A stretch of DNA of 64,000 nucleotides from NCBI GenBank assembly GCA_963779615.1, contig CAVZZA010000005.1, forward strand, positions 128,001-192,000, given 5' to 3'. Source of the stretch: an uncultured Nitrososphaeraceae archaeon (lineage in GTDB: Archaea; Thermoproteota; Nitrososphaeria; Nitrososphaerales; Nitrososphaeraceae). Positions 1-10,576 of this stretch are shown piece after piece; the first letter of the stretch is position 1, and every line of letters begins with the position of its first letter. The notes under the pieces were generated by a model, which was given only the letters and a program-made list of their open reading frames with translations, had not been told where the DNA came from and made no database searches. A program made the translations under genes and the position numbers.

Positions 1-62
1 GCTTATCTAATCTACAACGGAAAACTTTATTGAAGACATTTATAAAATCTCCCAAACCCATG

Positions 63-506
63 CTATTTTGAAAACACAAGAATAAACAAAGTAACAACTG
101 CAAGGGATCCAAATAGTATCATTGTGGTTTTCCACATCCCTTTATTCTCTTTTTCACCTATATTCCACATCCCGCCCCTAATTTCATTATTCTTTGTGTA
201 CCAATTCTTAATCTCATCATAGCTGTAATATTTACTATAATCTGCTGGTGGTGTCCAATGTGTGGAATAATCTGAAATATACTCGCCCCTATTCTTCTGA
301 AACGATAAATCATATTTTTTTCTTGAAGTCTCATCAGAGAGAACCTCATAAGCTTCTACTATGCTTAAGAATTTTTCTTTGGATTCGGAACTTTTATTTT
401 TATCAGGATGATATTTTAATGCAAGACTCCGAAACAATCTTTTTATTTCATCGTTTGTCGCATTTTGCTTTATTTGAAGGATGTCATAGTAGGAAGTAGA
501 TAACAA
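63..506 (-). CDS. J-domain (DnaJ-like) protein with C-terminal membrane anchor
   Basis: YYDILQI...LALKYHPDKN...AYEVLSD J-domain with HPD motif; hydrophobic C-terminus. Confidence 0.9.
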   Translation of the reverse strand: MLSTSYYDILQIKQNATNDEIKRLFRSLALKYHPDKNKSSESKEKFLSIVEAYEVLSDETSRKKYDLSFQKNRGEYISDYSTHWTPPADYSKYYSYDEIKNWYTKNNEIRGGMWNIGEKENKGMWKTTMILFGSLAVVTLFILVFSK

Positions 507-609
507 TATTTATTCAAGTGCAAACTAAAAATTAAATATTTTGTCTTAAAATTACCAATGCATGAAACTAAAAAATTCAAATATCAATAAATGGCACAGA
601 AATTAACAT

Positions 610-1158
610 TTGAAATTTTTTTTTAAAAAAAAAATCCCTCTTGATAAAAACAAGAAGAAAACAAAATTGCCAGATAGTTTTTTGAACATTCACTCTACGA
701 CAGAAAACGGCAACGAAAAACAGAATAAGAACCCAACGGAAGAAATTGAAAAGGCTAATAACAACAACATATCAAATAATGAAAAAAATTTAAAAGATAA
801 CTCCCATACCGATAATAATACAGAAAAAATAGTAAATGAGAATGAAGACAACAAAGATGTTGAAGGAGGGAAAGCAGAACCCAGACTCACGTGTAATGGG
901 TGTAAAGAAAAACTTGATGATGAAGGGAAAAGACCCCATTGGAAATGGAACTTTGATAGAAATTTAAGGTTTTGTGAAAAATGTTATAAAATAAAAGAAG
1001 ACGATTATGAAAAATTGATTAATTATTGCATCATTTGCAATTCAAAATTAGGATTTATTCGATACAATCCAAAACCTAAATGGAAAATAAAAGGTCAGCT
1101 ATGTAGAAAATGCTGGGACAATAAAAATACTAAACAAGAAGCAAAAAATAAATTCTAA
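610..1158 (+). CDS. Hypothetical protein: N/K/E-rich N-terminus plus two tandem CxxC...CxxC zinc-binding repeats
   Basis: CNGCKEKL...PHWKW...FCEKC and CIICNSKL...PKPKW...LCRKC. Confidence 0.7.
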   Translation: MKFFFKKKIPLDKNKKKTKLPDSFLNIHSTTENGNEKQNKNPTEEIEKANNNNISNNEKNLKDNSHTDNNTEKIVNENEDNKDVEGGKAEPRLTCNGCKEKLDDEGKRPHWKWNFDRNLRFCEKCYKIKEDDYEKLINYCIICNSKLGFIRYNPKPKWKIKGQLCRKCWDNKNTKQEAKNKF

Positions 1159-1390
1159 TACAATCTCTTTTCATTTTATTTGATTTACAATTTATCTATT
1201 AGAATCAAAGAATTACGTTTATTGAAAACATGGAATAAAAATACATTATCTGTACTTCAGGTTTGTACATAGCTAAATGGAGTTTCACAAAAAAATAGTA
1301 AAATCGACAGTAAAATATGAAAATCATTTATAGACCTTCATTTGCTCATAGGTAATATAGAAATATGGCAATTTGGAAAAATTTATAGAC

Positions 1391-2435
1391 TAGATCTCTT
1401 GCGTAATTGCCCCTAGACAGCTTTATGATCATCATTCTATCAATCTCATGTCCTTTCTTTGCGCACATACGATAAATTATCCAGAAAACCAATGTTTTTC
1501 AAGTCATTAGCTGGCCTGACGATAAAGGAGTTTGACGACATATACGATAAGTGGATATTAAATAGACTCGGCAGGCATGGGATCAGGCGTCTGTCCAATA
1601 GAAAAGACAGAGAACGATCCATAGGTGCTGAGACATTTCAAACTGGATGTTAAAACAGGCTTCTGATGCTTTTGGTCTACTGTTGCCGTCTTTACACAAC
1701 CCACACGTTGGCCGGCTTTTGTTTGACTAGGACCAGAGTAGCGTCCGCAGGGATATCCAAAAAATTGAGTTGTTGATAAGAAGGTGCGTAACAATTCCGC
1801 AAAAGATGCACAGATTGTCAAAAAGGCAGCGCACACCAGAAGAGGCTGAAAGGCATTTCCCAGGCTTTCTGTCCTTCACAGACTGCGCAAAACAGCAGAT
1901 ACCAAGGCCTAAAGAACAAAACAAGAAGAAAGATGACTAGTCAGGCAAGAGGAAAAGGCCTACCGTAAAGACACATCTCATGGTTAACAACCGGGTGTCA
2001 TTATCCATAAAGCAAAACACAAAAAAGGACATCGGCATGACTATGACATCTATAAGAAGAATCATCCCATAACTCCAAAAGAAGCGATAAATGTGTTTGA
2101 CCTTGGATACCTTGGGGTTGGGAAAGACTTTCCTGACCAAAAGCCATCCACACCGAACAGAAAGAAGACAAGCCAAAAAGAGTTGACTCAAGAGGAAAAA
2201 GAGTGCAACCAGAATCACTTTAAAAAAAGGATTGTGATGGAACACACCGTTTGCAGGATGAAAAAGTACAGGATAATGAGCAATGGCTTCAGAAACAGGT
2301 TGAGAAATTACGACAAGGTGTCTGAAATAGTATCAGGACTGGTAAACTACAGAGCATTGTCGCCTTTTTAGATCGGCATCATCAGTCATTGTCGTACTGA
2401 TGGGGCATACTGTTTCTAATTATTCAAGGGATCTA
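1391..2435 (+). mobile_element. IS5-family (ISL2-like, DDE_Tnp_4-type) insertion sequence, inactivated
   Basis: Imperfect 18-bp terminal inverted repeats TAGATCTCTTGCGTAATT (1391-1408) / AATTATTCAAGGGATCTA (2418-2435), 3 mismatches; the terminal TA may be the target duplication. Confidence 0.85.
1459..2371 (+). pseudogene. Transposase pseudogene (several frameshifts and stops)
   Basis: Fragments FKSLAGLTIKEFD (N-terminal HTH region), SGKRKRPTVKT, DLGYLG and KRIVMEH...RMKKYRIM...FRNRL lie in different frames. Confidence 0.85.
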
Positions 2436-2445
2436 TCATCTATTT

Positions 2446-2710
2446 TTAATATATCCCCAGAGATTCTGGAAGAGCTGAACCAAGTTCTGCGTAACCCATT
2501 GCAGTAAAAAGAGTGATAGAAGCATTGAGAATGCATGCAAAAATAACAGCAGAACCGGCTAAACCTATTGCAGGGCCAGTCAAAACACAAATGGCTCCCC
2601 CGATCATTGCGGCTTTACCAAGCATAACAACATCCACTAAATTCAATGATCTGACAAGTGTTTGCTGATGATGGATAGAAGAACTGGAATCTCCTGATCC
2701 AGTTTGACAA
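2446..2710 (-). pseudogene. 5' fragment of an APC-family amino-acid permease, truncated next to the IS
   Basis: LVRSLNLVDVVMLG..AMIGGAI.VLTG.A...AG...YAELGSALPE matches the start of APC permeases; the frame stops ~10 bp from the IS right end. Confidence 0.75.
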
Positions 2711-2817
2711 TGTCTAATTTTTAGGACATAAAAGACAATTAAACGTTATTAAAATTTTTATAATTTTTTTAACAAAACATATAAATATTTATAAAACTCA
2801 CTCCCATTTTTTTAGGA

Positions 2818-2979
2818 CTATCTCCAAATCATAGATACAATACCAAGGCCAGTAATGCACAAACCAGCATATGCCACCTGCGGAACTCCGATTAATCCGG
2901 CACCAATAGCAAGACCAATGCCAGAGACAGCCATCAATAGTTCACCAATTCTCCTGTTTGTTAAATGCAAAGTTATCAT
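2818..2979 (-). CDS. Small 53-aa membrane protein (below ORF-track cutoff)
   Basis: Translated by hand: MITLHLTNRRIGELLMAVSGIGLAIGAGLIGVPQVAYAGLCITGLGIVSMIWR*; higher GC than flanks; two Gly-rich hydrophobic segments. Confidence 0.65.
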   Translation of the reverse strand: MITLHLTNRRIGELLMAVSGIGLAIGAGLIGVPQVAYAGLCITGLGIVSMIWR

Positions 2980-3439
2980 AATCTATTAAAAAATCGACTC
3001 TTTAAAATATTATGCTTATACCCTTGTTTCAAGTATTTTAATATAAATTATAGTTTTAAAGGCAATTACAAAATACAGAATTAATCCAATTTAATGTCAA
3101 CATCTAATAAAAAAAGCAATGTTGCCATAAGTTCTAGCAGAATTTAATGACAAACATGCACCACAACATTTGAAAAAATACTAAAAAACAATGATCAAAA
3201 TAACAACTTTATGACAATTATAGTTATTTTATTATGAAAAATTAATGCCTTTCACCATTTTCAATCTGCATATGCGGAATTGCTTACCTCACCACATACA
3301 ATAGACAACTTTTGCATCATAATGTCTAAACAATCAATCATCTAGTCATTACTATTAGCGGATAAAAAGACTGTGTATTATACTATCATGATACCGGTAA
3401 AAAATACGAATTCAAAACTTTAAAAAATTAGATAAAAAA

Positions 3440-4090
3440 TTATAGATGAATAAGACCTCCAGAACCTGCTGTATGCGGAGATTGACCTGGAAAGTTTCGC
3501 CTAAAGTGACCGGATGGTCTTTTAGATATTAACTCAATAAACCAGGCTTCATGTTCTATCTCTTCTTGCATTATTCGTTGAGCTATATCATATGTTCTTG
3601 GATCTTTTCCTGAAGTAAGATCACAAACTTCTCCCCATGATCTAATAGCACATTGTTCGGCCTCTAATAGAACTTTAATAATTGAAGATAAATCTTTCCA
3701 GTTATCAGGCAAGTAAGCATCAGGACAACCAGCCTGTGTTGCAAAATCTCTAATATCACGAGGCAAGCTTCCTCCCAATTCATATAACCTTGGGACCATG
3801 GCTTCAAAGTGATTTCTGTCTTCTATCCTTGCATCTTCTACTATTTCTTTTATACCTTCACCATCCAAGCCCGTACAATGCATTCTCAATATAGTATAGT
3901 AATAGTATGTTGTAAATTCTGCGCCAACACCTTTTGTTATCAGTTCTTTCAATCTTTCAATATTAACGCCATTTTTTTCTAAAACTTCTAATGCAACTAT
4001 ATTCGGAACTTTATCGTCTTTGGTTGTACCTACATGTGAACCTGTCGTCTTTGGTTGTACCTGTACATGTCGATCCTTCGTCTTTAACAT
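3440..4090 (-). CDS. dps: Dps-like ferritin-superfamily protein (DPSL)
   Basis: [46 protein letters not shown]: di-iron carboxylate ligands plus the Cys pair typical of DPSL. Confidence 0.92.
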   Translation of the reverse strand: MLKTKDRHVQVQPKTTGSHVGTTKDDKVPNIVALEVLEKNGVNIERLKELITKGVGAEFTTYYYYTILRMHCTGLDGEGIKEIVEDARIEDRNHFEAMVPRLYELGGSLPRDIRDFATQAGCPDAYLPDNWKDLSSIIKVLLEAEQCAIRSWGEVCDLTSGKDPRTYDIAQRIMQEEIEHEAWFIELISKRPSGHFRRNFPGQSPHTAGSGGLIHL

Positions 4091-4711
4091 CGAGACTCAT
4101 TAAAAAAATTAATACAATTTAATATAAATATTTTATTATAGGAAATTTATGCTGAATATGCCAATATTTTAATTAGCAGTTAATTTTTGAAATGATTCAA
4201 TATATTATAGAGTAAATGTAAACCAAAGGAAAAAACAACAAATCAATAGTTGTGAATGTTATGTATACTTGAGAAAAAAATGCCTTTGATTTGTTATGAT
4301 ATAACTCAAACTGCCAAATGCAAGGTAAAAAATTAAAAATATTGCTTAAGGATTGCATTTTTTTCTTGGTTTTTCTATAGAAAAACTTATAGCATTAAGC
4401 ATCCTATTTTATGAGTCATGTAATAAGTTTGAAATGGCATTTTGCTTTTGAATACACGAGATTGTTGCTATCAATTATGAAAAGGTTATTGTAAAAGAAT
4501 AATTTTAAGTGTCATCAGCAACTAATCTGCAAAGCGTGGCATTTCAACAGATCGATAAAAAAGCAATAATTACAACATTTATAATCGCCTAATATAATAA
4601 ACACAGTCAAGATGGATTCTGTAATAAAGCAAATACAATAAAACTAATAACATAATTAGCATCAGTCTGCAATATTCATTTAATGATCAATATGAAAAAG
4701 CATCTAGAGAC

Positions 4712-5086
4712 CTATAATCTATTCATTTTAAACAGATCCTCATTAGACTTGAAACCTTCCCTATCAATTAATTGTTTTAAACAAATAGTAAAACCAATAT
4801 GAGAGCAATCATCAGTTATGCAACTTTTACAAAGCGGGACCCCCTCAACTATATCTACAATAATATCAGAATTCAAACACCGATCAAAAATCTTAACAAG
4901 CGTAACAGACGGAAAATTAACATGTTTTAAAATTAATGGCGGATTCGGTTTGTAATTATCATTCTTCCCAATAAATGACTTGCAATTCATCCAATTTAAA
5001 AATGCAAAAGTTCCCTCATCCAAGCTTTCACATTTTTCTGCTTTTATTTGTAAATTATTAAGTTTGATTTTGTCTTTGTTAGACAT
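4712..5086 (-). CDS. Hypothetical protein with C-terminal CxxC-x4-CxH metal-binding motif
   Basis: LCKSCITDDCSHIGF. Confidence 0.6.
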   Translation of the reverse strand: MSNKDKIKLNNLQIKAEKCESLDEGTFAFLNWMNCKSFIGKNDNYKPNPPLILKHVNFPSVTLVKIFDRCLNSDIIVDIVEGVPLCKSCITDDCSHIGFTICLKQLIDREGFKSNEDLFKMNRL

Positions 5087-5183
5087 TTATCCTTTCTAGT
5101 CATACCCTTCTTGAGTTTGCCTAGTTATAAAGGTTTTATAAAAATATACAATTGTATTGATCACGAGAAGTTATTAAAAAAAG

Positions 5184-6645
5184 TCATAGTATGTTCTCAA
5201 ATCCATAACTTGACCATTTATTATCCACCATAATCTTTGTTTTTTCATCAACATTAACTTCTTCCTGAATATCTCTTTGAAATCCTTCTTCTTTCCATTT
5301 AGTTGTGGCATCGATACCCATTTTAGAGCCAAGGTTGACAAGGGGAGACGCTGGGTCGAGAGTATCTGTCGGGGCATTTTCGATTAATAGCGTATCTCGT
5401 TTGGGATCAGCTTTAGTTGTAATTGCCCAAATAACTTGATCAATATCATGAACATTAATTTTGTGATCCACTACCACAAAAATTTTGGTTAACGATAGCT
5501 GCCCCATACCCCAAAGTCCTAACATAACTTTTTTAGCTTGTCCTGGGTACCTTTTTCTTATGGAAAAAATTGCAAGACCTTGGAACCAGCCCGCAGGAGG
5601 CATTGAATAATCCACTACCTCAGGTTGAAACATTTGAATTAGTGGGAGGAATGACTGTTCAATCACCTTACCAAAATATGCATCCTCAAGAATAGGCTTT
5701 CCGACCACAGTTGTTAAATAAATAGGCTCTTCCTTTTGCATGACTCCAGTTAATTGGAATGTTGGAAAAAGATCAGGAGGTGTATAGTAACCGGTATGAT
5801 CTCCAAAAGGTCCCTCGACCTCAAGTTTAGTTGGGTCAACCAATCCCTCGAACACTATTTCAGCATTTGCAGGAACTTCCAGATCAACAGTAGAGCATTT
5901 TACAAGTTTAATTCCCTTTTTTCTTGATATTCCAGCGAATAGAAATTTATCCAAACCTTCGGGAACTGGAGCAATACTACTAAATATAGTACCGGGGTCG
6001 GACCCGATAACTACTGCAGCTTCTATAGGTTTTTGCGAATCTTTTGAGATTTCAAAATGTTGTGCACCGCGCTTGTGAGTTTGCCAATGCATTATAGCCT
6101 TTTTGTTATTTACTATTTGGATTCGATATACACCGATATTTCTTATCCCAGTTTCAGGATGTTTTGTTACTGTCATCCCAAAGGTTATAAACCGACCAGC
6201 ATCTTTGATAAATGATTTAAGAATTGGAAAGTCATTAAAAGACGGATTGGTTGTATTTATTTTATCTTGAATAGGACCCTTGTCGACAATTTTTGGTCCA
6301 TACTCAGATATTTCTGAAAGTTTTGGCAACATTCGAATCTTATTTAGAACCCCACTTGGCATTTTCAATTTAGTTAGATCCACTATCCTATTGCCAATTT
6401 CGGTAAAATCCTGTAGATCTAACGCTATTTGCAATCTCTTTAAAGAACCAAATGCATTTCCAAGTATGGGAATATCAAACCCTTTAACATTTTCAAATAA
6501 TAAAGCAGGACTTTTTCCAGAGTACATCAACCTTCGCATTATTTCTGCGATCTCTAAATCTGAACTTACTTCAACATTTACCCTTTTTAGTTCACCAATC
6601 GGCTCAAGAGCATTCAACAAATTCCAATAAATTATCAAAAGCCAT
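5184..6645 (-). CDS. ubiD: UbiD-family (prFMN) decarboxylase, probably menaquinone pathway; one apparent extra base near the 5' end
   Basis: EGPFGDHTGYY, NIGVYR, IRKRYPGQAKK, VIWAITTK, SKMGIDAT; natural-looking start MAFDNLLEFV (ATG at 6645) is out of frame with the body at ~6615. Confidence 0.9.
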
Positions 6646-6771
6646 ATATGATATTTCAATAAGGTATACCTTATTTAATTATAAATGTAAAAATAATAAA
6701 TAAAAAAATATTTTTATGGACTATTTGAATAATTTTTTGACTTGTTTGTTTTTTTTATCTGCGGTAATCTA

Positions 6772-7032
6772 TTATTGAGTCATATTGCCTGGCATCATCA
6801 TAGTTGAATTGCCCATTGGCATCATGCTGTGGTCCATCATCATAGTTGAACTGCCATTTGGACTTGCATTCATTGCTGAGCTATCATTCATACCAACGTT
6901 AGATGTATTTGCATTTTGTGTTGTTGAGGGACTGGTCATATTTTGTTGTGCTAAGGCGGGTGCTGCTAAACCTACAATCAAGGTCACAGCTGCTACGATA
7001 CTTACAATTGCAATAAAGTTTAATTTATACAT
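6772..7032 (-). CDS. Small secreted Met/Asn/Ser-rich protein, copy A (86 aa)
   Basis: Signal peptide MYKLNFIAIVSIVAAVTLIVGLAAPALA; mature part ends MMMDHSMMPMGNSTMMMPGNMTQ; TATA-like box ~24 bp upstream. Confidence 0.75.
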   Translation of the reverse strand: MYKLNFIAIVSIVAAVTLIVGLAAPALAQQNMTSPSTTQNANTSNVGMNDSSAMNASPNGSSTMMMDHSMMPMGNSTMMMPGNMTQ

Positions 7033-7055
7033 GCAAAACAAGTTATATTTTACGG

Positions 7056-7063
7056 ATATATAA
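7056..7063 (-). promoter_or_regulatory. Archaeal TATA box of copy A (identical copy at 7391-7398 for copy B)
   Basis: TTATATAT on the minus strand, 24 bp upstream of the ATG; spacing fits a leaderless archaeal transcript. Confidence 0.6.
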
Positions 7064-7178
7064 CACCTTTGGTCATAGAATATTTATAAAATAAACGCAA
7101 AATAAATAATAGTTTTATGGTCTATTATGAATAATTTCTATCCTTTTTAATGATTTATTTTCTAATAATTGTTTTTTA

Positions 7179-7367
7179 TCAGCGTGTCAAATTGTGTGGC
7201 ATTATAATTGTACTATTGCTATTCATCATTGTTGAACCACCATCTGCCATTGTGATGTTGTCCATGGCGGTCATATTTTGTTGTGCTAAGGCGGGTGCTG
7301 CTAAACCTACAATCAAGGTCACAGCTGCTACGATACTTACAATTGCAATAAAGTTTAATTTATACAT
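7179..7367 (-). CDS. Small secreted Met-rich protein, copy B (62 aa)
   Basis: Same signal peptide as copy A; mature part QQNMTAMDNITMADGGSTMMNSNSTIIMPHNLTR. Confidence 0.7.
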   Translation of the reverse strand: MYKLNFIAIVSIVAAVTLIVGLAAPALAQQNMTAMDNITMADGGSTMMNSNSTIIMPHNLTR

Positions 7368-7499
7368 GCAAAACAAGTTATATTTTACGGATATATAACA
7401 CCTCTGCCATTTACTAATAAGCAATATGGCCATTATTTACAAATATTTTTGGATTGAAAAAGTTATTATTCATGCAATCAAACCAAAAAAAATAGTGAA

Positions 7500-7928
7500 T
7501 TATTGATGCAGTTTTAAGAGATTTGATTTGTTTTGATTTATCAACGGAATTATCTTTTCAGTTAATAATTGATGTAAATTGGCAGTATCTGGATCGAAAG
7601 ACAGCAATAAAACATAAGATAATTTACTATATTCATCTGTGATAGGAATAGTAGCCCTCATCAATTTTTCAAATTTGGAGCTGGCATACTGAATCTTTCC
7701 CAGCATATATTCCCATCTTAATCTTGTGAATTGTCTTGTAGCAGCAGTAATTGCATATTGTACTCTTTCTTCAGGGGTTAACAACGGATTAAGACCAGGT
7801 CTTTCAGCCATTGATTCTAATTTACCATCCTCATCCGCAATTCCAGCAAAACGTATTTTATTGTCTAAATCTATAACCTGCTTACAGAATTTGTTGAATA
7901 CTTCTTCGTCTTTTTCCTCCCTATTCAT
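7500..7928 (-). CDS. Roadblock/profilin-like protein of the thaumarchaeal DUF6659 type
   Basis: C..V..LD.KIRFAGI.D..GKL......GL.PLL pattern. Confidence 0.7.
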   Translation of the reverse strand: MNREEKDEEVFNKFCKQVIDLDNKIRFAGIADEDGKLESMAERPGLNPLLTPEERVQYAITAATRQFTRLRWEYMLGKIQYASSKFEKLMRATIPITDEYSKLSYVLLLSFDPDTANLHQLLTEKIIPLINQNKSNLLKLHQ

Positions 7929-8004
7929 TTAATTTTACACCTCTCTTGTACATTTTCCCACCAACTAATATATCATATCAAAATAAAAAAAGGAATGCTA
8001 TACA

Positions 8005-9828
8005 TTATTGGTTTGGAAGAAAAGAATCACAGAATTCTTTATCGAGCATTTTATAACACGAATTTAAAAAGTCTTTCAAAATTCCATCAGGGTCTTTGGG
8101 TAAATCGTATAATGGCGGATTTGGCTCTAACAGGTTGTTATTTCTATTATCCATAATTAATGGCCTTTCCTTGAACTCCGTTAGATTAACATTCTTTGCC
8201 ATTTGTTCACCATCCCTAATTATAGCAATAACCACAGTATCACCAATTTTTTTTGCTGAAAGATATTTTTTAATATCTTGTTGATTTTTCACGTCATTGT
8301 TATCAATTTTTATAATAACATCCCCGCCTAATTCTATAGGATTGCCATTAAGCTCAGAGATGATATATCCTCCTTGAAGATTGGCTTTTGAGGCAGGACT
8401 TTGATCCAAGACACCAGTAATCAAAAATCCATCGTTTCTACTTAAGTTCATCATTGCTGCGATAGCAGGGGTGACATCAAGTCCGATAACTCCTAAAGAA
8501 GGAGTAGAAGCAGAACTTAAATTAAGATCGGGTCGAGAAGTCAATGTCAGGGGAACTACTTTAGACTCATTGCCGTCTCTCCAGACAGTAAGAGAAACAT
8601 TGCTTCCAATTTTTTTATTATTTTCTAAATAAGATAATATGTCATCTAATTTTTTCACAGTCTTGTTATCAATTTTTATAATAACATCCCCGCCTAATTC
8701 CACAGGTCTACCATTGATTTGATATGTCGTATTTCCTCCTTTTATTCCGGCTAAATATGCAGGACTATCCTTTGTAACATTAACAACAAGAAACCCTGAA
8801 GATTCATTTAAATTCATTAATTTTGCTATATCAGGGGTAACCTCAGTTCCCGATATACCGATATATGGATGTTTATAGGTTTCACCAGCTATTAACGTCG
8901 GAATAATTTTAATTAATAAATTAGAAGGTATTGAGAAACCTATTCCAATATAAGCGCCAGTATTTGAAAAAATTGCAGTGTTAATTCCAATTACCTGACC
9001 TTTCATATTTAATAGAGGGCCACCAGAATTTCCAGGATTTATTGCTGCATCCGTTTGAATAATGTCAGGTATGGAAAATGAGGGAACATTTGTAGGCATA
9101 TTTTGAAGGTCATAAGGTTGAGAAGGGGGAATAAATTGAATAGTATTTGCGGGCATTAATCTGCCAAGGCCACTAATTATACCGTCTGTTAAAGAGCCAG
9201 ATAAACCAAAAGGATTTCCAACTGCAACCACTCTTTCCCCTACTTTTAAGTTTGTAGAATTTCCGAGATCTAAAGGAACCAATTTTGATTGTGCATCTTT
9301 ATGCTGAGTTAAGTTAAGTAATTTTATGACTGCCAGATCAGCATAGGGATCAGTCCCACTAATTTCTGCCTCATAGGATACACCGTCTAAAAATGTGACA
9401 TAAACTGTATTATTTTTTGCTCCCTCTACCACATGATAATTTGTTATGATATGCCCGTTCTTATCATAAACAAAGCCTGAACCTAACCTTGAACCTGCAA
9501 TATCGCTCTGTTGTTTCATATTTGCTGGATCGGTAATTTGAACAACAGATTCTTTAACATAATTAAATAGATCAGGTAATGAGGATGAAAAGTTTCTACC
9601 TGAATTTAACGTTCTTTCACTGGTTGTGCTTAAAGACGTATCTATATTTTTAGTTGTATTAACAGAGTCACCCTGCAAGACGGAAGAGTTTAAAACTTGT
9701 CCGTATATATCTTTGTAAAAAGATAAGCTACCAAACATTAGAAAAGTAATTGTAAAGCATAACATAAATTTAAAAATTTTTCCATGACAATTAATTACAT
9801 TAATCAAAGACCTTTTTTCCTTGACCAT
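8005..9828 (-). CDS. htrA: HtrA/DegP-like serine protease with two PDZ domains
   Basis: GSGFVYD, TNYHVV, DLAVIK, IQTDAAINPGNSGGPL; two ELGGDVIIKIDN PDZ copies; N-terminal membrane segment. Confidence 0.93.
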   Translation of the reverse strand: MVKEKRSLINVINCHGKIFKFMLCFTITFLMFGSLSFYKDIYGQVLNSSVLQGDSVNTTKNIDTSLSTTSERTLNSGRNFSSSLPDLFNYVKESVVQITDPANMKQQSDIAGSRLGSGFVYDKNGHIITNYHVVEGAKNNTVYVTFLDGVSYEAEISGTDPYADLAVIKLLNLTQHKDAQSKLVPLDLGNSTNLKVGERVVAVGNPFGLSGSLTDGIISGLGRLMPANTIQFIPPSQPYDLQNMPTNVPSFSIPDIIQTDAAINPGNSGGPLLNMKGQVIGINTAIFSNTGAYIGIGFSIPSNLLIKIIPTLIAGETYKHPYIGISGTEVTPDIAKLMNLNESSGFLVVNVTKDSPAYLAGIKGGNTTYQINGRPVELGGDVIIKIDNKTVKKLDDILSYLENNKKIGSNVSLTVWRDGNESKVVPLTLTSRPDLNLSSASTPSLGVIGLDVTPAIAAMMNLSRNDGFLITGVLDQSPASKANLQGGYIISELNGNPIELGGDVIIKIDNNDVKNQQDIKKYLSAKKIGDTVVIAIIRDGEQMAKNVNLTEFKERPLIMDNRNNNLLEPNPPLYDLPKDPDGILKDFLNSCYKMLDKEFCDSFLPNQ

Positions 9829-10060
9829 TAACTAACGTAAAACTTCTATCAATTTAAATATTGCATAAAACAAGTTTGTTTGTTTTTTTTGCTCTGTTCT
9901 TTATATTTTTGATAGTTTTTTTAATATCAGCAGTATTAATGGCGTTATGACATTCAATTTTTATAAATAAGCTTGAAACAATTCAAAACTGTCTTATATT
10001 GATTTGACAACCTGAAATACATTCAAAAAGAAAATGGTTTTCTAATGCCAACAGAGCCAT

Positions 10061-10576
10061 TTACTTAATGATATATTCATAAAATTGATTTAATGCAATT
10101 TCTTGTCTTTCTGATTGTATAGAACCAGGACGTAATGATCTTATTTTTCTAATCGTCTCATCCACCCCTAGTTTATCTTTTTTAATCAAATAAGCTGCCA
10201 ATACAGTTCCAGTTCTTCCTTTACCAGCAGCACAATGAACCACAACTGGTTTATTTTTTCTTATTTGGCTATCAATATACTCAACTACATTGTAGATTTC
10301 ATATACAGCAGGAGCATTATAATCATCGGTCTTTAAGAAAAAACTCTCAAGGGTCAAATTAAATGAATTTACCTTCTTAAACCATGCGTTGGGTAATGGT
10401 ATTTCCCTGACAGTCACAATAGTTTTTATGTTGTTCTTGACTAGCCACAATAAATGATCATAAGATGAAGGCAATCCACTACCGGCTAATTTTCCTGGAA
10501 TTATCCAGCTGAAGTTAGTGGGTCTGCTAATTATTCTGCCGTGAAATTTTCTGTAAAATTCGCCAATTTTAGTCAT
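10061..10576 (-). CDS. Dual-specificity / protein-tyrosine phosphatase
   Basis: VVVHCAAGKGRTG (HCx5R), IRSLRPGSIQ. Confidence 0.92.
   Translation of the reverse strand: MTKIGEFYRKFHGRIISRPTNFSWIIPGKLAGSGLPSSYDHLLWLVKNNIKTIVTVREIPLPNAWFKKVNSFNLTLESFFLKTDDYNAPAVYEIYNVVEYIDSQIRKNKPVVVHCAAGKGRTGTVLAAYLIKKDKLGVDETIRKIRSLRPGSIQSERQEIALNQFYEYIIK

Larger units (their letters stand above)
6934..7403. repeat. 135-bp identical direct repeat (6934-7068 = 7269-7403) within a ~335-bp tandem duplication
   Basis: GGTCATATTTTGTTGTGCTAAG...GATATATAACACCT is identical in both copies and covers the promoter and signal-peptide coding region. Confidence 0.95.

Noticed and set aside
6785-7398. Plus-strand hydrophobic ORFs over the duplication
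   Set aside because: Antisense to ORFs that have a signal peptide and a correctly spaced TATA box
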